DNA of 64,000 bases from Balanoglossus misakiensis (GCA_040954595.2 CM082582.2:10779483-10843482); one strand, 5' to 3'. Shown: positions 1 through 13,062, counted from the stretch's first letter. A program made the numbers and translations. The notes: generated by a model not told the origin, from the sequence alone.

Positions 1-117
1 GTGTAATCAATTACATGTGTTTAACATTTTCACCCCCGTTTCCCCCTGTAGAAGCCCAACTACACCATATCACATACTACCAGCAGTGCCACACATGGCC
101 CCTGAATTGATTCTTAC

Positions 118-2011
118 CTGAGCAATTCTGTCAATTCTTTTTTGATTTTTCTGACAACTGGAGGTCCATCAAAAGCGAGGGCAGTATAAAGTTGCACAAG
201 CGAAGCACCAGATCTGATCTTATCATAGGCATCTGCTCCGTTTTGAACTCCTCCAACTCCAATGATGGGAATCTGACCCTTTGTTAGTTGATACATATCC
301 TTCAATGCAGTGGTTGCCAAGTCTTTAAGTGGTGGACCACTCAAACCTCCAGTTTCAGTCTTTTCTGAACTTTGTAGACTTTCTGGTCTGCTGATTGTTG
401 TATTGCTGATTATCAAACCATCAACTTTACACTGAAACGGGAAATGGTATGTGATGCATCAAATTAAATACAGTTTCATGATCTTGCTAACTGCTGCTAG
501 GGGAACTGCAAGAAAGCCAGAGATTCACACTGATGTTGAACGTTCACCTTTTCCCTTGATATGACCTCTGCAATGTCTTCCTTATCTTTGTAGGTCAGGT
601 CAGGTGCAATTTTCACCAACAGTGCAGGTTTTGGAGTTTTGGCGAGAGAATCTCGAGCCTTCAGTACCTGTTGAAGTAGAATTTGTCAAAATTAGTTCCA
701 AACCGTAGGTAGATAAACACGACACAGTTTCATTGAGAACTGTATATAGTCAGGTGGACAAGGTTGAACTGAAGTTAGTGTACCTTTTCTAAGAGTTCTT
801 GAAGTTGTTCTTTGCCTTGCATCGCCCGGAGTCCCGGAGTGTTGGGACTCGAAACATTGATGACGATGTAGTCCGAAAGAGCTCCTAGTTTTTGCACACC
901 TTTCACGTAATCTGTCACTGCATCAGAGGAGGTCTTGTTTTTCCCCAAGTTTATTCCAAGTAAGCCCTTCTTTCCTGTAAAAGTGAGAAAGTATTCTGAT
1001 GGCCCCGAGATTCCAATGTACTTTGACAAACTGGGGAGTATCATCCCTTCCATACAAGCTCTGTCATGATGACCAAACATTAATTTGGTAGAACAGCAAG
1101 TAGAGCCCACATACCTTTTTTGCTGTTCCGCCATGTGTCAAGTTTTCGGTGGACAACTTCATGACCTTCACTGTTAAAACCATACCTGTGTCAGATGGTG
1201 TAATATGTATTCCATGGTTACCATTACCATTGCACAAGTATGCACAGAATGACTGAATCATAACATTAGGAAACAAATCACCATGCACAAGAGATAAGCC
1301 CATCGCATTATCATGACACAGTAACCTACCTGTTAATGATGGCCCTGTCCTTGTCTAATCTGAAGACCCTCGGCTTGGGATTTCCAGGCTGTGGTTCCGG
1401 CGTCACGCTTCCCACTTCCACAAACCCAAACCCTATTTTCAGCAATCCGTTCATGGCATCGGCGTGCTTGTCGAAACCTGCTGCCACACCCACAGGGTTA
1501 CTGAACTCTCTCCCCAATACTGTTGTTTTCTGGAGATAAAATGCACATTGATAAGGAGTCCAGTTACTCATGGAAATTTACCCCCCCCCCCTCTCAACTT
1601 ACCCTAAAGATAAACAAGAATGCAATTTTAATGCCAGCCTTATGGCTGCTAGTGAAATATAAATTAGAATCTTACTAGTGAAGGTGGATCAATGTACTTG
1701 TTCCTTGGCACCAGTCCCCACGATGCCAACCTGACACCAAGTTCATGGGATTTCTCAGCGGAGACCAACCTCATCCCTGGCATCAACATCTCATGGTAAA
1801 AACGCTCATTTCCAGCGTATGTGCAAAGTCCACTGAAGAACACAAAACCACCACTCACGATAATGGCTGCTGACTTTATCCTACCCTATTAAATTGAAAA
1901 AAGGGTTTATGCATTTATTGCGTGTGTAAGGTCATTGAGCGATCATTCACATCACAAACAGAGGCTATATATATAGTACAGTACACTGCACTTATTACTA
2001 GTACTTACCAT
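118..2011 (-). CDS. DHODH: Dihydroorotate dehydrogenase (quinone), mitochondrial; multi-exon, 3' end runs off the left edge of the window
   Basis: GT-AG exons in compatible phase: ATG at 2009-2011, then 1676-1885, 1330-1529, 1115-1185, 784-974, 548-667, 118-431. Class 2 DHODH motifs: [113 protein letters not shown]. The start is uncertain. Confidence 0.95.
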
Positions 2012-2330
2012 GTCTGCTGCAGCCCACCTGTGCTCAGAAAGTCACACCGATTAAATAGATAAATTATTTCCAAGTGTCCTTTGTCACTGTGACATTGCTA
2101 CTTCAGAATGCATGTGGTCGTAGTGTTTTCTGAGGACATACACCAAAAAAGGCAAATTTGACCTTGGCGGGTGATGTTCATTTGTTTATTGTTACTGAAC
2201 TCCAACAAATGAACTTTGACCTCAGTTAACCTGTCAAATTTACTTGATACACGTTTTCACATAGTTTCCAGTATCGGTAAAATTAACCACATGACCAAAA
2301 AGTGTGGAATATCCAGAACCGCAATCTCGA

Positions 2331-2441
2331 TTTCCCGCTAATTGAGGAGCAAAGTAAAAGACAACAGACTACGTGGAACAGTTACTTGCAAATGAGGACA
2401 GACATTTGCATCCTCATTTGCATGTAACTGTTCCTCCACGT
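2331..2441. promoter_or_regulatory. Bidirectional DHODH/DDX1 promoter region with an E2F-like site (TTTCCCGC, 2331-2338) and an octamer-containing inverted repeat (2371-2441)
   Basis: Lies between the divergent start codons at 2011 (-) and 2509 (+). Motifs read directly; function is inferred. Confidence 0.55.
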
Positions 2442-2508
2442 CTACTAAAGCGCCACCAACGCTCAAAAGCTATATACCGTGTGGCAAAAGAAACATCGTA
2501 AAGCAAGC

Positions 2509-5500
2509 ATGGGTACCGCATTTTTAGGTAAGTATTCTTTAATATTGCCACAATGATACTCACTATTACTGGAGAACTCTTTGTGATTGCCTTAGGTTCG
2601 TCTTGAAATGTTAACAGCGTTGCCTGCATTGACATATAGACTGTACATAATGTCCAACACAATCCCATACAAGCGTTCTGCTATGTCAGCACATATGTTG
2701 TGATGGTATATGGTGATGGGGACATGCATGTAGTATGGTTACTTGTAAATATTTAAAGTATGTGCTGGGTCTCAGGATATTTCTTCTTCGGACAGTCGTT
2801 TAGAAAAACCCGCATTAACATTCACAATTATCATTAAACTTTTCATTATTCCTGCTATCACAATCTCATATACTTGATGACTGAATAAAGGTTGTCAATT
2901 TCTGCCCCATACTGTCCAACAAGAATCCAAGTAACTGTTCATATTGATGCCTATCAGCATACATTTACTGTCTATTTATCATTCTTTCAACAGAACTTGG
3001 CATCATGCCAGAAATCAGTAAGGCAGTAGAAGAAATGGATTGGCTGTAAGTCAACTGAACATCTAGGAACAACCAATGACATTCTGAGCAACCGTACAAT
3101 CATATCAGACAGAAACGAATTGATAATAGAATTCAGAATAGCCGACTGTTAACATTTTCCCTTTATATTTTTCCAGACTACCTACTGATATCCAAAGTGA
3201 ATCCATTCCATTAATCCTTGGTGGTGGTGATGTTTTGATGGTAAGTCAGAAATAATTTCAGTTGGCAACCTTGAGAATAAATGTTTCTAAGTTATGTACT
3301 TTATATTATATATTTTCTTACATCACAGGCAGCTGAAACTGGTAGCGGAAAAACTGGGGTGAGTATTCTTGTTTACTTCAACTCTTTGAATCCAATTTCC
3401 TTTTATGATGAGCCCAACCATGCCATATAGAACACTTAGGTTTGATCATAAGTATGAAGTATGGAGTGGTCTTTGGCTTGATCACGGTCCCTCCATCAAT
3501 AATACGACATGTTTGTCCAGCGTCTATCATGCTTAATTCCAATTCGTACTCTTTCAGGCATTTTGTATGCCAGTCATACAGATTGTATCAGAAACCATCA
3601 AAGACATCCAGGAAGGCAAAGGAAGCAAAGCGAAGCTGTCCATGAAATCTGGTAAGTGTTTGGGTGTGGCATGAGAGTTACATTGAGAGTATCCCAGTAC
3701 TTGTTTCTCATAGAAAACAGACCATACAAGCATTAGTCCCCATGTCTCATCATTTGTCTTACAGATACAACACAATTGAGAATGAACGTATATGACAGAG
3801 GATCAGCATTAGGTAAGATCTTTGAAATTAAAAGATGTTATTTCCTTCTCAAAACACAGAGAATTCTATACTTTCAAATAAATTTTGTTTTGTTACCTGT
3901 TTCAGCAATGGACAAGGAAGGCTTACTTTGCCAAAGTCGAGATCACCATGGCTGGCATGGAACTAGATCCAACAAAGGTGTCAGAGGAAAAGGTATATAT
4001 ACACTGGCTACTTCTTTAGAGACTTCTATTTTATATTATGAAACAAAAGTAACAAGCTGAAAAGATAGCTACAGTTTCTCTGTACTCAAAAGTGTCTTGA
4101 CTTTTTCCTTTCAAGGCAAATACTACTATGAAGCCACTGTCACAGATGAAGGTCTGTGTAGAGTTGGATGGGCCACGCCTAAAGCAGACCTCAACTTAGG
4201 TAAGTGAAGTTATGTGTTAGATGATTGTCATCTATATTGATGCCATTGCCAAAGACAATTCCAGAACATCAAACTCTGACTGATGGCACCCATCCCTATG
4301 CACAGGTACTGACAAGCATGGTTTTGGCTACGGTGGAACTGGCAAGAAGTCCTTTGGGAGACAGTTTGACGACTATGGAGGGGTAGGTACACACTTATTA
4401 CTATCCCTTGAAGACTTGTGTTACAACTACAGTAAAACTACAGAAAAAGTCTGGAAACTCATGTTGTAATTCATGTTTTTATTTGTTATTTTTCTAGCCA
4501 TATGGTATCAATGATGTCATGGGATGTTACCTGGACTTGGATAATAGCACCATCAAATATTCCAAAAATGGTAGGTAGCTATTTTCCAAAATACCCTTTT
4601 CATTGTGGAAAGTAATGTATCTCATCTCTTTGATTGCACTAATGTGGCTTCTATTTCTTCACAATTTCAGGCACAGATCTGGGACCAGCCTTTGACATTC
4701 CGGGGCATCTCAGAGACTCCTTATTCCTGGCCGCAGTCGTACTGAAGGTAAGTGTTGCTGGATCTGTTGTCTATGCATTCCATACAGTACTTGAAAGATC
4801 CACAGGGAAGTTGATCAGAAGTACTGAAGAAAATGATGGTTGACCTGGTCATGTACCCATTCTTTCCCGACAGAATGCAGAAATGAAGTTCAATTTCGGT
4901 GATACCAAATTCAAGTTTCCACCTACTGTAAGTATAAATCTATCCTAAAATTAACGTGTGAAAAGCTGACATATTTAGTTAATTTTTTTGTTGGTTACAT
5001 GTTGTTGATTCTGAGCAGCTGTACTGAAAGGTTTTGGCTTGGCGGTATACTGGCAATGCCTTACGTTAACTCTTGTTCATGTTTCCCTGTCTAGGGCGGT
5101 TATGTCGGACTCACTGATGCACCCCCTGGACAAATTATGCAATCTCCAGTAATTGGTGAGTGGAGTTCTATTATACAGTTACTATGACATAATTCCAACT
5201 GTGGCAATTCCCAGTTATTGAAGCTGTCTATGGTTACACTTGCCCAAATTTTATGACAGTTATGTTTGAAGCAAAATCTGTTGTTCATGTATGGGGAACT
5301 TTGGGGGTAACGCACATAACTTTTCCTTTTCCTTTTCCAGGTAGCAGCAAAGTAGTGACAGGCCCAGCCAAAGCAGCACCGAATGCACCAAAGGCAATCA
5401 TCATAGAGGTGACTATATGTGTGCTCGTTCAGACCATAGTACCATGTTTGAAGATCTTGACTTGTATCACATCCAGAAGGTCACTTTTCTTCATCTGTGT

Positions 5501-7258
5501 ACTTCCCCCTCCAACACATGAAAGTGTTGTGAAACTACAGTACGCTATAATTTTATTTGTTTATCTGTTTGTTTTTACTCTTTATTTCTATTTAGCCCTC
5601 GAGAGAATTGGCTGAACAGGTATGTCATATTGATACAAATTACCAATACACACTCACACAGACCACATATACATACACACATACCATAGTAATCTGACTG
5701 TACTATCTCAACTGGTCAAAGGGCACTGTGCATAGAGGCATTTGTACTACCGATACCTGTTGGCTGAATTGTATTGGCTTGTTTAGACACCAATAATAAT
5801 GAAACTATTTTATTTTGGAAACTTATGAAATGTTTTCTCTGTTCTGAACTTAATGCCATAAAAATCAATGCATTGTCATTATGCTTAGTATTTTACTTGC
5901 TTTCACAGACTCTTACTCAAATTACAAAGTTTAAAAAATATTTGAAGGATCCTCAAGTTAGGTGAGTTGAATAGGTGTTACTTTTTTGGCTTATGTACGT
6001 ACATGCATTTGGTGGGGGTTAAGACACGATACACGCTGATTTGAAAGATCAGATGCAAACTTTGAAGATTGATTTCTGCAATGCAGTTTGTGAAGATGAC
6101 TTTCTTTCCATCTCCAAGGGAACTGCTTGTAATCGGTGGCCAAGCTGCAAAAGACCAGGTTGACGCATTGGCGTCTGGGGTAGGTGACTATTTACTGGAT
6201 AACCTGTTTTGTAAGTAGAAAATATTGTGTTGAATTCAACCAAGAAGTAGTGAAGTGTTCAGTGCCTTTCTTGGTGGATTAGTACCTACAGTGCAGTGTT
6301 GTTGGTGGACTGCGCACAAAATGCTAGCAGAGTTTATACCCGATATATTACATTGTAAGGACTAAACAATGAGTCTGGCAGAAGATGTGCTTTGACCTTG
6401 ATAATTTAACATTGCTAGACTAGATAACCATCAACCCTAATAAAAGCCATCAGTCAAGCCACACCGTACACACGTGCCCGGTCAAGATGCATGTGCTATA
6501 TGTTTCAACTTTGCCAGGGTACGAGCATTTATGTGTTCACCACTGCGACGTCTCTGTGGAAACTGAACATAGATTATGATCTGTAGTAGGTTTAAATCAA
6601 CTGTTATTCGAATTTTTAAAATTCTACAAATATCCAACCAAACTGAATGGAGGTGTAGGGAGGATTAGGCAATAGGTTACCCTTATCGTTGTATATCTGC
6701 AATTAGACTCGCCTATTGTTCAGTATCACAGCTGTGAACTTTGAACTCGAGATAACTGTCCTCTGGTCACTGTGCCACAGTACAGTGTCAATTTGATCGG
6801 CTGCAGTCAACTTGTGAGTGTTCAACCACACCCACCACTCAAAATGACAATTGTGAAATACATGTACATGTGTTGACAGACAGCACAGTCTCACTTTGTC
6901 TATTACAGCAATTTATTCAACTTCTCAGAATCCATAAAAAATGAACTTGCATTAAAGTAACTCTCAGTGACAAGTGGATAATACTAATAAAAATTTTATC
7001 ATATGCAGATTGATATTGTGGTTGCCACACCTGGTAGATTGGAAGACCTAATTAGCACTGGCAAAATTTTACTGTCACAGGTATGAATTTTGTCTTCTGT
7101 AATTTATGATATAGTTATTATATTAAAATATTAACATCGTTGTTCCAGTTTCACCGTTGTTCAAATTCCATGATAATATATTTTCTCCTGTCTCTGCCCC
7201 CACAGGTTCGATTTTTCATTCTTGATGAAGCGGTAAGTACCACTTTCCTGTTGTCCGA

Positions 7259-7320
<62 letters not shown>

Positions 7321-10300
7321 AGAATGTTTGAACACCAATAAAGCTGTCTATTGTGACCATAGACCATTTGTCTGACCTGCTTGCCCCCTGTTTGTCCATC
7401 TTTTGCAGGATGGTCTGCTGACCCAGGGTTATGGTGAACTTATCAACAGACTTTGGGATCAAATCCCCAAAATTACAGCAGATGGCAAGCGACTTCAGGT
7501 GAGTTGTATGTCTGTCTGTGTCTGTCCATCCATCCATCTGTCTGAATCACACACGTACAGTGATACTCTTCACACAATTTTAATTTATTTTCTGTATATC
7601 AATTTCTTTCAGATGGTTGTTTGCTCTGCCACTTTGCATTCATTTGATGTCAAGAAACTTGCAGTAAGTGCATTGTAGCCATAGTACTGTTTCTGTTGTA
7701 CTTTCTGTTGTAATGAAAACTTGTAGCCTGGGAACCAAAAATGTAAGGCATATGGTTCTGTATTCAACAGGAAAAGGTGATGCATTTCCCAACCTGGGTG
7801 GATTTGAAAGGACAAGACAGTGTACCAGATACCGTGCATCATATCGTAAGTATCACCACAGTTGACTCATCCATGGTGTGTGTGTCTTTCACCAAGATAT
7901 ACCAAGGTTGTGGTAGATAAATCAGTGTTAGTATATCGCCATGGAGACTGTTGGATAAAGGCTGATTCAATTTTAATAACATTATCATTACTTAATAGAT
8001 TGTGAAAGTTGAACCTAAAGAAGACACCTCCTGGCATCGACAACTCAGCAGACATGATTTTGATGTAAGTATCCACGCATCTGTTTATAGTTTGACTATG
8101 AAATGATTTGGATTCCATTTGCAGCTTTTCAGATATGACCATGGCACGATGCCACAATCTGGTCGTTTAATGCCTGAAATTTGTGATCACTGTTTGTATT
8201 TCAGACTGATGGGGTTCACAAGAAGGATAACGTCAGAGCAAGCAACATGAACCACAAGGGTAAGGATCAGATCTGGTGAATTTATTTTGAAATATTTTTT
8301 GCCAGCATCATGCTATTTATATTTGAACAAATGAACATATGTTTTTTTTCTCCCTTCGTATTGTAGAAACTTTATCAGAAGCTGTAAAACTGTTGAAACC
8401 AGAGTATGTGGTGACTGCAATCAAAGAACACAAAATGGATCAAGCCATTATCTTCTGTCGGACAAAACTGGACTGTGATAACCTGGAACGTTATTTTATG
8501 ACAATGGGTGGAGGTGAGCATTGAAATTATTGGCTGTGTTCTTTGACTATGTGTATGATAATTTGGTCTCCAAATAACGTATGTTCAGTGGGAAGGTCAG
8601 TTGGCAAATCTTCCATGTTTTCCGTATACCCAAACTGGTTAACTTGACAATTTGTATTCTTCCTACAGGTCCTCGTAGCTATAAACATCAGTTCTCCTGC
8701 GTATGTTTGCATGGTGACAGAAAACCCAACGACAGACGGCAAAACTTACAGAGTTTTAAGGTAATTTTGATGAAAACATATACTTGCACCCTTCTGGTAT
8801 GCATGGCTTCCGTCAGAAGTCAGAGATTTCAGATTACCAAAAATCATTGAAATTATACGATCTTAAGTTATGCTTGTTTTACATTTTGCAGGATAACAAG
8901 GTTCGGTTTCTGATCTGCACAGATGTTGCTGCTAGAGGTATTGATGTCAGGGGAATCCCTTACGGTAAGATTTGTGTAACTGGCTGCACCTGTCATCAAG
9001 ATATCCCTGGTTGTCTTCAATGTCAGGCATCCAGATATTTAAGGACTTCTGATTTGTTAACATGTTTTTTTTCTGAATTCCAGTTATTAATGTAACGATG
9101 CCAGATGAGAAAACTAACTACGTACATCGTATCGGGCGTGTTGGCAGAGCTGATCGGTTAGTAGACATTTAGACAAATAATTTAAGTAGCAGCTAAAATC
9201 AGCTTGCATTTTGTTGAGTTAAAATAAGATTATTACTGATGCGAGATTTTTTTTTCACTACAGAATGGGGTTGGCTATATCTTTAGTGTCATCTGTACCA
9301 GAAAAGGTTAGTAATGTCTTTTACATACTTTTTGAGTGAAAAGTGGAAGTTTAGCAGAATCTGCCTTCATTGAACAGCGATAGTTTTAGTGCGGATTGCA
9401 TTTAATATGTGAGGAACCAAGTGAGAGTTCTTTATTTGTAAGTATCAAAATTCAGACACATTTGACTGATACTGTGGTGCGAATTTTAGGTGTGGTACCA
9501 TGGATGTCCAAATCGAGGCAGGGGCTGCTACAATACAGAATTGACGGACTACGGTGGTTGTTGTATCTGGTATAATGAGATGCAGGTAAGAGAGATATAT
9601 CTGTCTGATCTTGTTGTCATATTTAATAAACTTCACAAGCAAACAGACCATTTTCAACTACAACTGAATCTATTTCCTGTACAAGCATAATATCCATTAA
9701 GGGTTATAAAACAAGCAAATCAAATGTCAATGACATAACATGGTAAGAACAGCTGAATTACCATACAATGAGCCACTGTTCTCTTTGAATACTATGACAA
9801 GAAAAGGAGAACATTTAATTCCATTTTCCTGAGATTTCTCTGAAAATTTCTGAATCAATTTGGGATGCCCCAGATAGACCGAACATATCCAGTGACCATC
9901 AGAAGGTTACCAAGGTTACCGATCGACAGTGGTATAAGTGATGACATTTCCTGTTGAGGTCATGAGGGTCATTGACATTGGAGTCTGACCTGTACGTATT
10001 ATTCAAGAACCGGCCACCCAAAGCCAATGGGAGGGGAGTGACCGACTCTGGCTCGATTTTTATGCAGCATTACATAATACGAGCAGTCCAGCCTGTGGGG
10101 AGACAAAAGGAAAGCAAACAAGGTCACGCAGACTGCATGTCAGTGTTCAAATGCAGACACTCGATCATGATATTTTTACGGAAATGAAAGTTGGAAATAG
10201 CGTTACAATGAGCTGAGCCAACAAATCACAGTCATTTCTGAGGATGTCCGTTTCAAGATGGCCGCCTTCAAAGATACAGCTTCCCCACCTATCCCCTTCT

Positions 10301-10976
10301 ATATTGTCACACAAGGATTTTAAGTCCTAAAATACCATAAGTATGTTAATAGATATTTATGTATGGAGAATCAAATTTAATTTTATGTGAATGTAGCTTA
10401 TTAAATGTACATTTCCTTTAGCATTCATTCCTTCATAGATACATACATAGATACATACACAGACGGACAGACCATTGTGATATCAGCACAATGCACTGTA
10501 ATGGTTCATTGAATCTGGGGAAAATGTAACATTTGCTCAAGGTTGCATAAATTTCCTTCTGTCCTGCTCAGCTTCTTGGTGATATTGAAGACCATCTGGG
10601 TGTGACAATCCAACAGTGTGACCCTGACATGAAAGTTCCTGTCGACGAATTTGATGGTAAAGTGATGTACGGTGCAAAGAGGAAACTAGGAGGTAATTTA
10701 AGTTGGCTTTTTTTTGTTTTCTGTGGAGGTCTGTTCAGATGTATATAACAATCAAATCCACTGTTCTGTTCAAAAGTGGACAAAGCTATTCCTGACTTGG
10801 AAAACTGATACAGGGTTAGAACTCATCATCATCTTCTTCACTTCACAGGTGGTTTGTACAAAGGGCACGCTGACATCTTGGCCCCCACCGTCAAAGAGTT
10901 AGCTGAACTGGAGAAAGATGTGCAGACGTCATTCTTGCACTTAGGCAACAAGAAGGGTACATTGTTCGGATTGTAA
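2509..10976 (+). CDS. DDX1: ATP-dependent RNA helicase DDX1 (DEAD-box with SPRY insertion; tRNA ligase complex subunit), ~32 coding exons
   Basis: Exon 1 (2509-2527, MGTAFL) is followed by [34 protein letters not shown] (3329-3358), SPRY exons ([19 protein letters not shown]), PSRELAEQ (5596-5619), VATPGRL, ILDEA|[69 protein letters not shown] and [10 protein letters not shown]. Stop TAA at 10974-10976. All introns inspected are GT-AG. Confidence 0.96.
7259..7320. repeat. (TCTG)n/(TC)n microsatellite in a DDX1 intron
   Basis: Tandem tctg units followed by a tc run. Confidence 0.95.
9680..10520. mobile_element. Probable non-autonomous DNA element (Helentron/HINE- or pearl-like) inflating a DDX1 intron
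   Basis: This intron (9586-10571) is ~1 kb while most DDX1 introns are 80-300 nt. It begins near ACAAG, contains CAAGATGGCCGCC and ends with an ATAC/ACAG/ACGG microsatellite block (10435-10472), a layout typical of invertebrate HINE-like elements. Family assignment is tentative. Confidence 0.3.
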
Positions 10977-11045
10977 CCACGTGTGGAGCCTTGCGTTAGA
11001 TAATGCCGATAACGTTTTATTATTTATGTAACCCCCTCCCATCCA

Positions 11046-11051
11046 AATAAA
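11046..11051 (+). terminator. Polyadenylation signal AATAAA for DDX1
   Basis: AATAAA 70 nt after the DDX1 stop codon. Confidence 0.6.
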
Positions 11052-11479
11052 AATTTCAAGCAACCGACTAGCTCTGACTTGTGCTGGACTCGGTTCATTC
11101 GTCGTGGCACACTGTCTTTCTCTTAGGAATATTCTGGCTAATTCTCAAATGGAATTGTTCAGGAAAAACTTCTAGTGTACTTTGTATTCTTGGAAGGGGG
11201 GGGGGGAGTTCTTAGTGAGACAGGAAAGAGGGGAGGGGTCACTTCCTGTTTCGGGTGAAATAAGGACACCAGCTTCCTGTTTAAAAAATATCCTTGAATA
11301 ATGCTAGAATTGGGTGCTGATTCGAAACCCAATGTATGCAAATGTTGCATCCACCTCTGCACATGTACTAGTATTAGACAATCACACCATTGTACACAAC
11401 CTCACACTAGTCACAGCCTGCTGTTTCTTTATGACAGAATATGGGCCAGCTGGTACCCCATGATTAAATGCCTGCTAAC

Positions 11480-11760
11480 AAGTCTACTTATTTGTGTGTT
11501 CACTTTGGTGTGGCAGGGAATCATCAGAATTATACAATATATATTCAAGGCTTGCTTGATTCTCTTCATTCAGGTAGAGCATTGTTCTTTTCAAGGACAG
11601 TATGCAGGTGTTTCCCCCAAGACACTTTTGCCCTATACTGAGCTGTACTATGTGAATTCCCTGTCCAATCACACATGCTCCAAACAAAGCAAAGAATTAT
11701 ATCTTTGGAGTTCCGGTTGTGGAAGCAGAGTGAACTCAACTTGGATAATTATTCACATGC
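11480..11760 (-). mobile_element. Possible highly decayed LINE (L2/CR1-group) ORF2 C-terminal remnant
   Basis: Minus-strand ILSLKRTMLYLNEENQASLEYILYNSDDSLPH loosely resembles the 'ILxRLRxYL...LYNSLILPHL' region after LINE RT domains. Stop codons surround it. Confidence 0.2.
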
Positions 11761-12866
11761 ACAAGTACTGGGACGCACTATGGCACATGATGTCAAGGTG
11801 AACCAATCCGATGAATCGTGAAACCAGGTCGTATTGCATAGTACCGGCACTGTAATTTGATTAAGTAGCAGTAACCGTAGCTACCAACAGGGTACACACC
11901 GGGCACGTCTGCACTTGTTTGTACTGTGTAGTAAATGCTGGAGAAACTGAATGGATTTCGACCATTGTTTGGACTATTGTTTCACAAACACAAGCAACAG
12001 ATCAGACCCAAGCAACTGGTGAATGAATGTCTGATGCAGTCCTGGGATCCTTGACCACGCAAAATAGTGTAAATTTTATGGTTGCCATAAATGGAGGCCT
12101 TCCCCTTCTCTCTGAGAAAACAAGTTTCAGGGTTGAATTTTTACAACCATATACACTGGTTGTGTATGGCATTGTAATGCAAGTATCCAGTATTACAGCA
12201 GTTAAACGTTTTGTAGGGGAGAGGGTTGCATGACTGTCAGACTTGCTTTGGTCGGGCCAAACTGCCACCAAGATGTGTGCAGTTAGCATATCATAGACGA
12301 GAAGTTCCAAGGCAACGACTTTTGATGAGATTCCTTGCAGAGACCATGGCATCTGTAACTTGCACCTGGAGAAATGGGTTCCTTGTGGAAGTGAAGGGGC
12401 ATCAGATACAGGACCTGAGCAATGATGTCCACTCTTCAGCACGACTTCTGCAGCAGGTCAGAGACATGATACAGGGTGACAAGGCACACAAAACGAAGTA
12501 TTTTGAATTTAAATTGCATTTTAATATTTCCTGTCTCCATTCCAAAATCACACAGATTTTTCTCATAATGGCATGTGCCCAAGACTTGACATTATGACAG
12601 ACTATTATCATGGATTATTACTTTCCTTCAATATCAAGAATTGGACAACACAATTTCTTCTTAATTTACTGTAGTCTTTATTATTTTTACACTTCTATTC
12701 AAATACACTCAGTATAGGTTATAAAGACATACTCGGGGTAAAATTTCGAAACACAGACTTTTGGTGTATATTTCTTCCTCTTTATTCTTTTTGGCAAAAC
12801 AAGTCACTATTCACAGCACAACCATTTTTTTGGAATTTTCTAAACATTTGTATTACAAAATGCAAC

Positions 12867-12998
12867 AAATGAAAAGGCCTGCAAACTTGGTGGTAGTTTC
12901 ATGATTTTTCACAAGGTCTCGTAAAATTGGGCGCAAGTTTGCAGGCCTTTGCATTTAAACCATTTGATGACCCCAGTGCGGGGGTCATCAAACGGCTT
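12867..12998 (-). other. Two adjacent stem-loops in the ANT 3'UTR
   Basis: IR1: arms 12867-12889 and 12934-12956 (22 of 23 complementary). IR2: arms 12957-12974 and 12981-12998 (18-bp stem with two G-U pairs on the mRNA strand). Confidence 0.75.
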
Positions 12999-13062
12999 TG
13001 CATGACAATCTTTGTTCCACACAGTTCATCTTGCGTATAAATAGTTGTCAGGGGCCGATGAT

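Noticed and set aside
9939-9990. Box C (GTGATGA) ... box D (CTGA) pair in a DDX1 intron suggesting a C/D snoRNA
   Set aside because: Only ~50 nt, no convincing terminal stem or recognisable rRNA guide, and inside a probable transposon. A snoscan or Infernal search would settle it.
11301-12611. Cluster of 120-166 aa ORFs between DDX1 and ANT as a hidden gene
   Set aside because: No coherent domain, codon bias or splice pattern; better explained as decayed repeat sequence.
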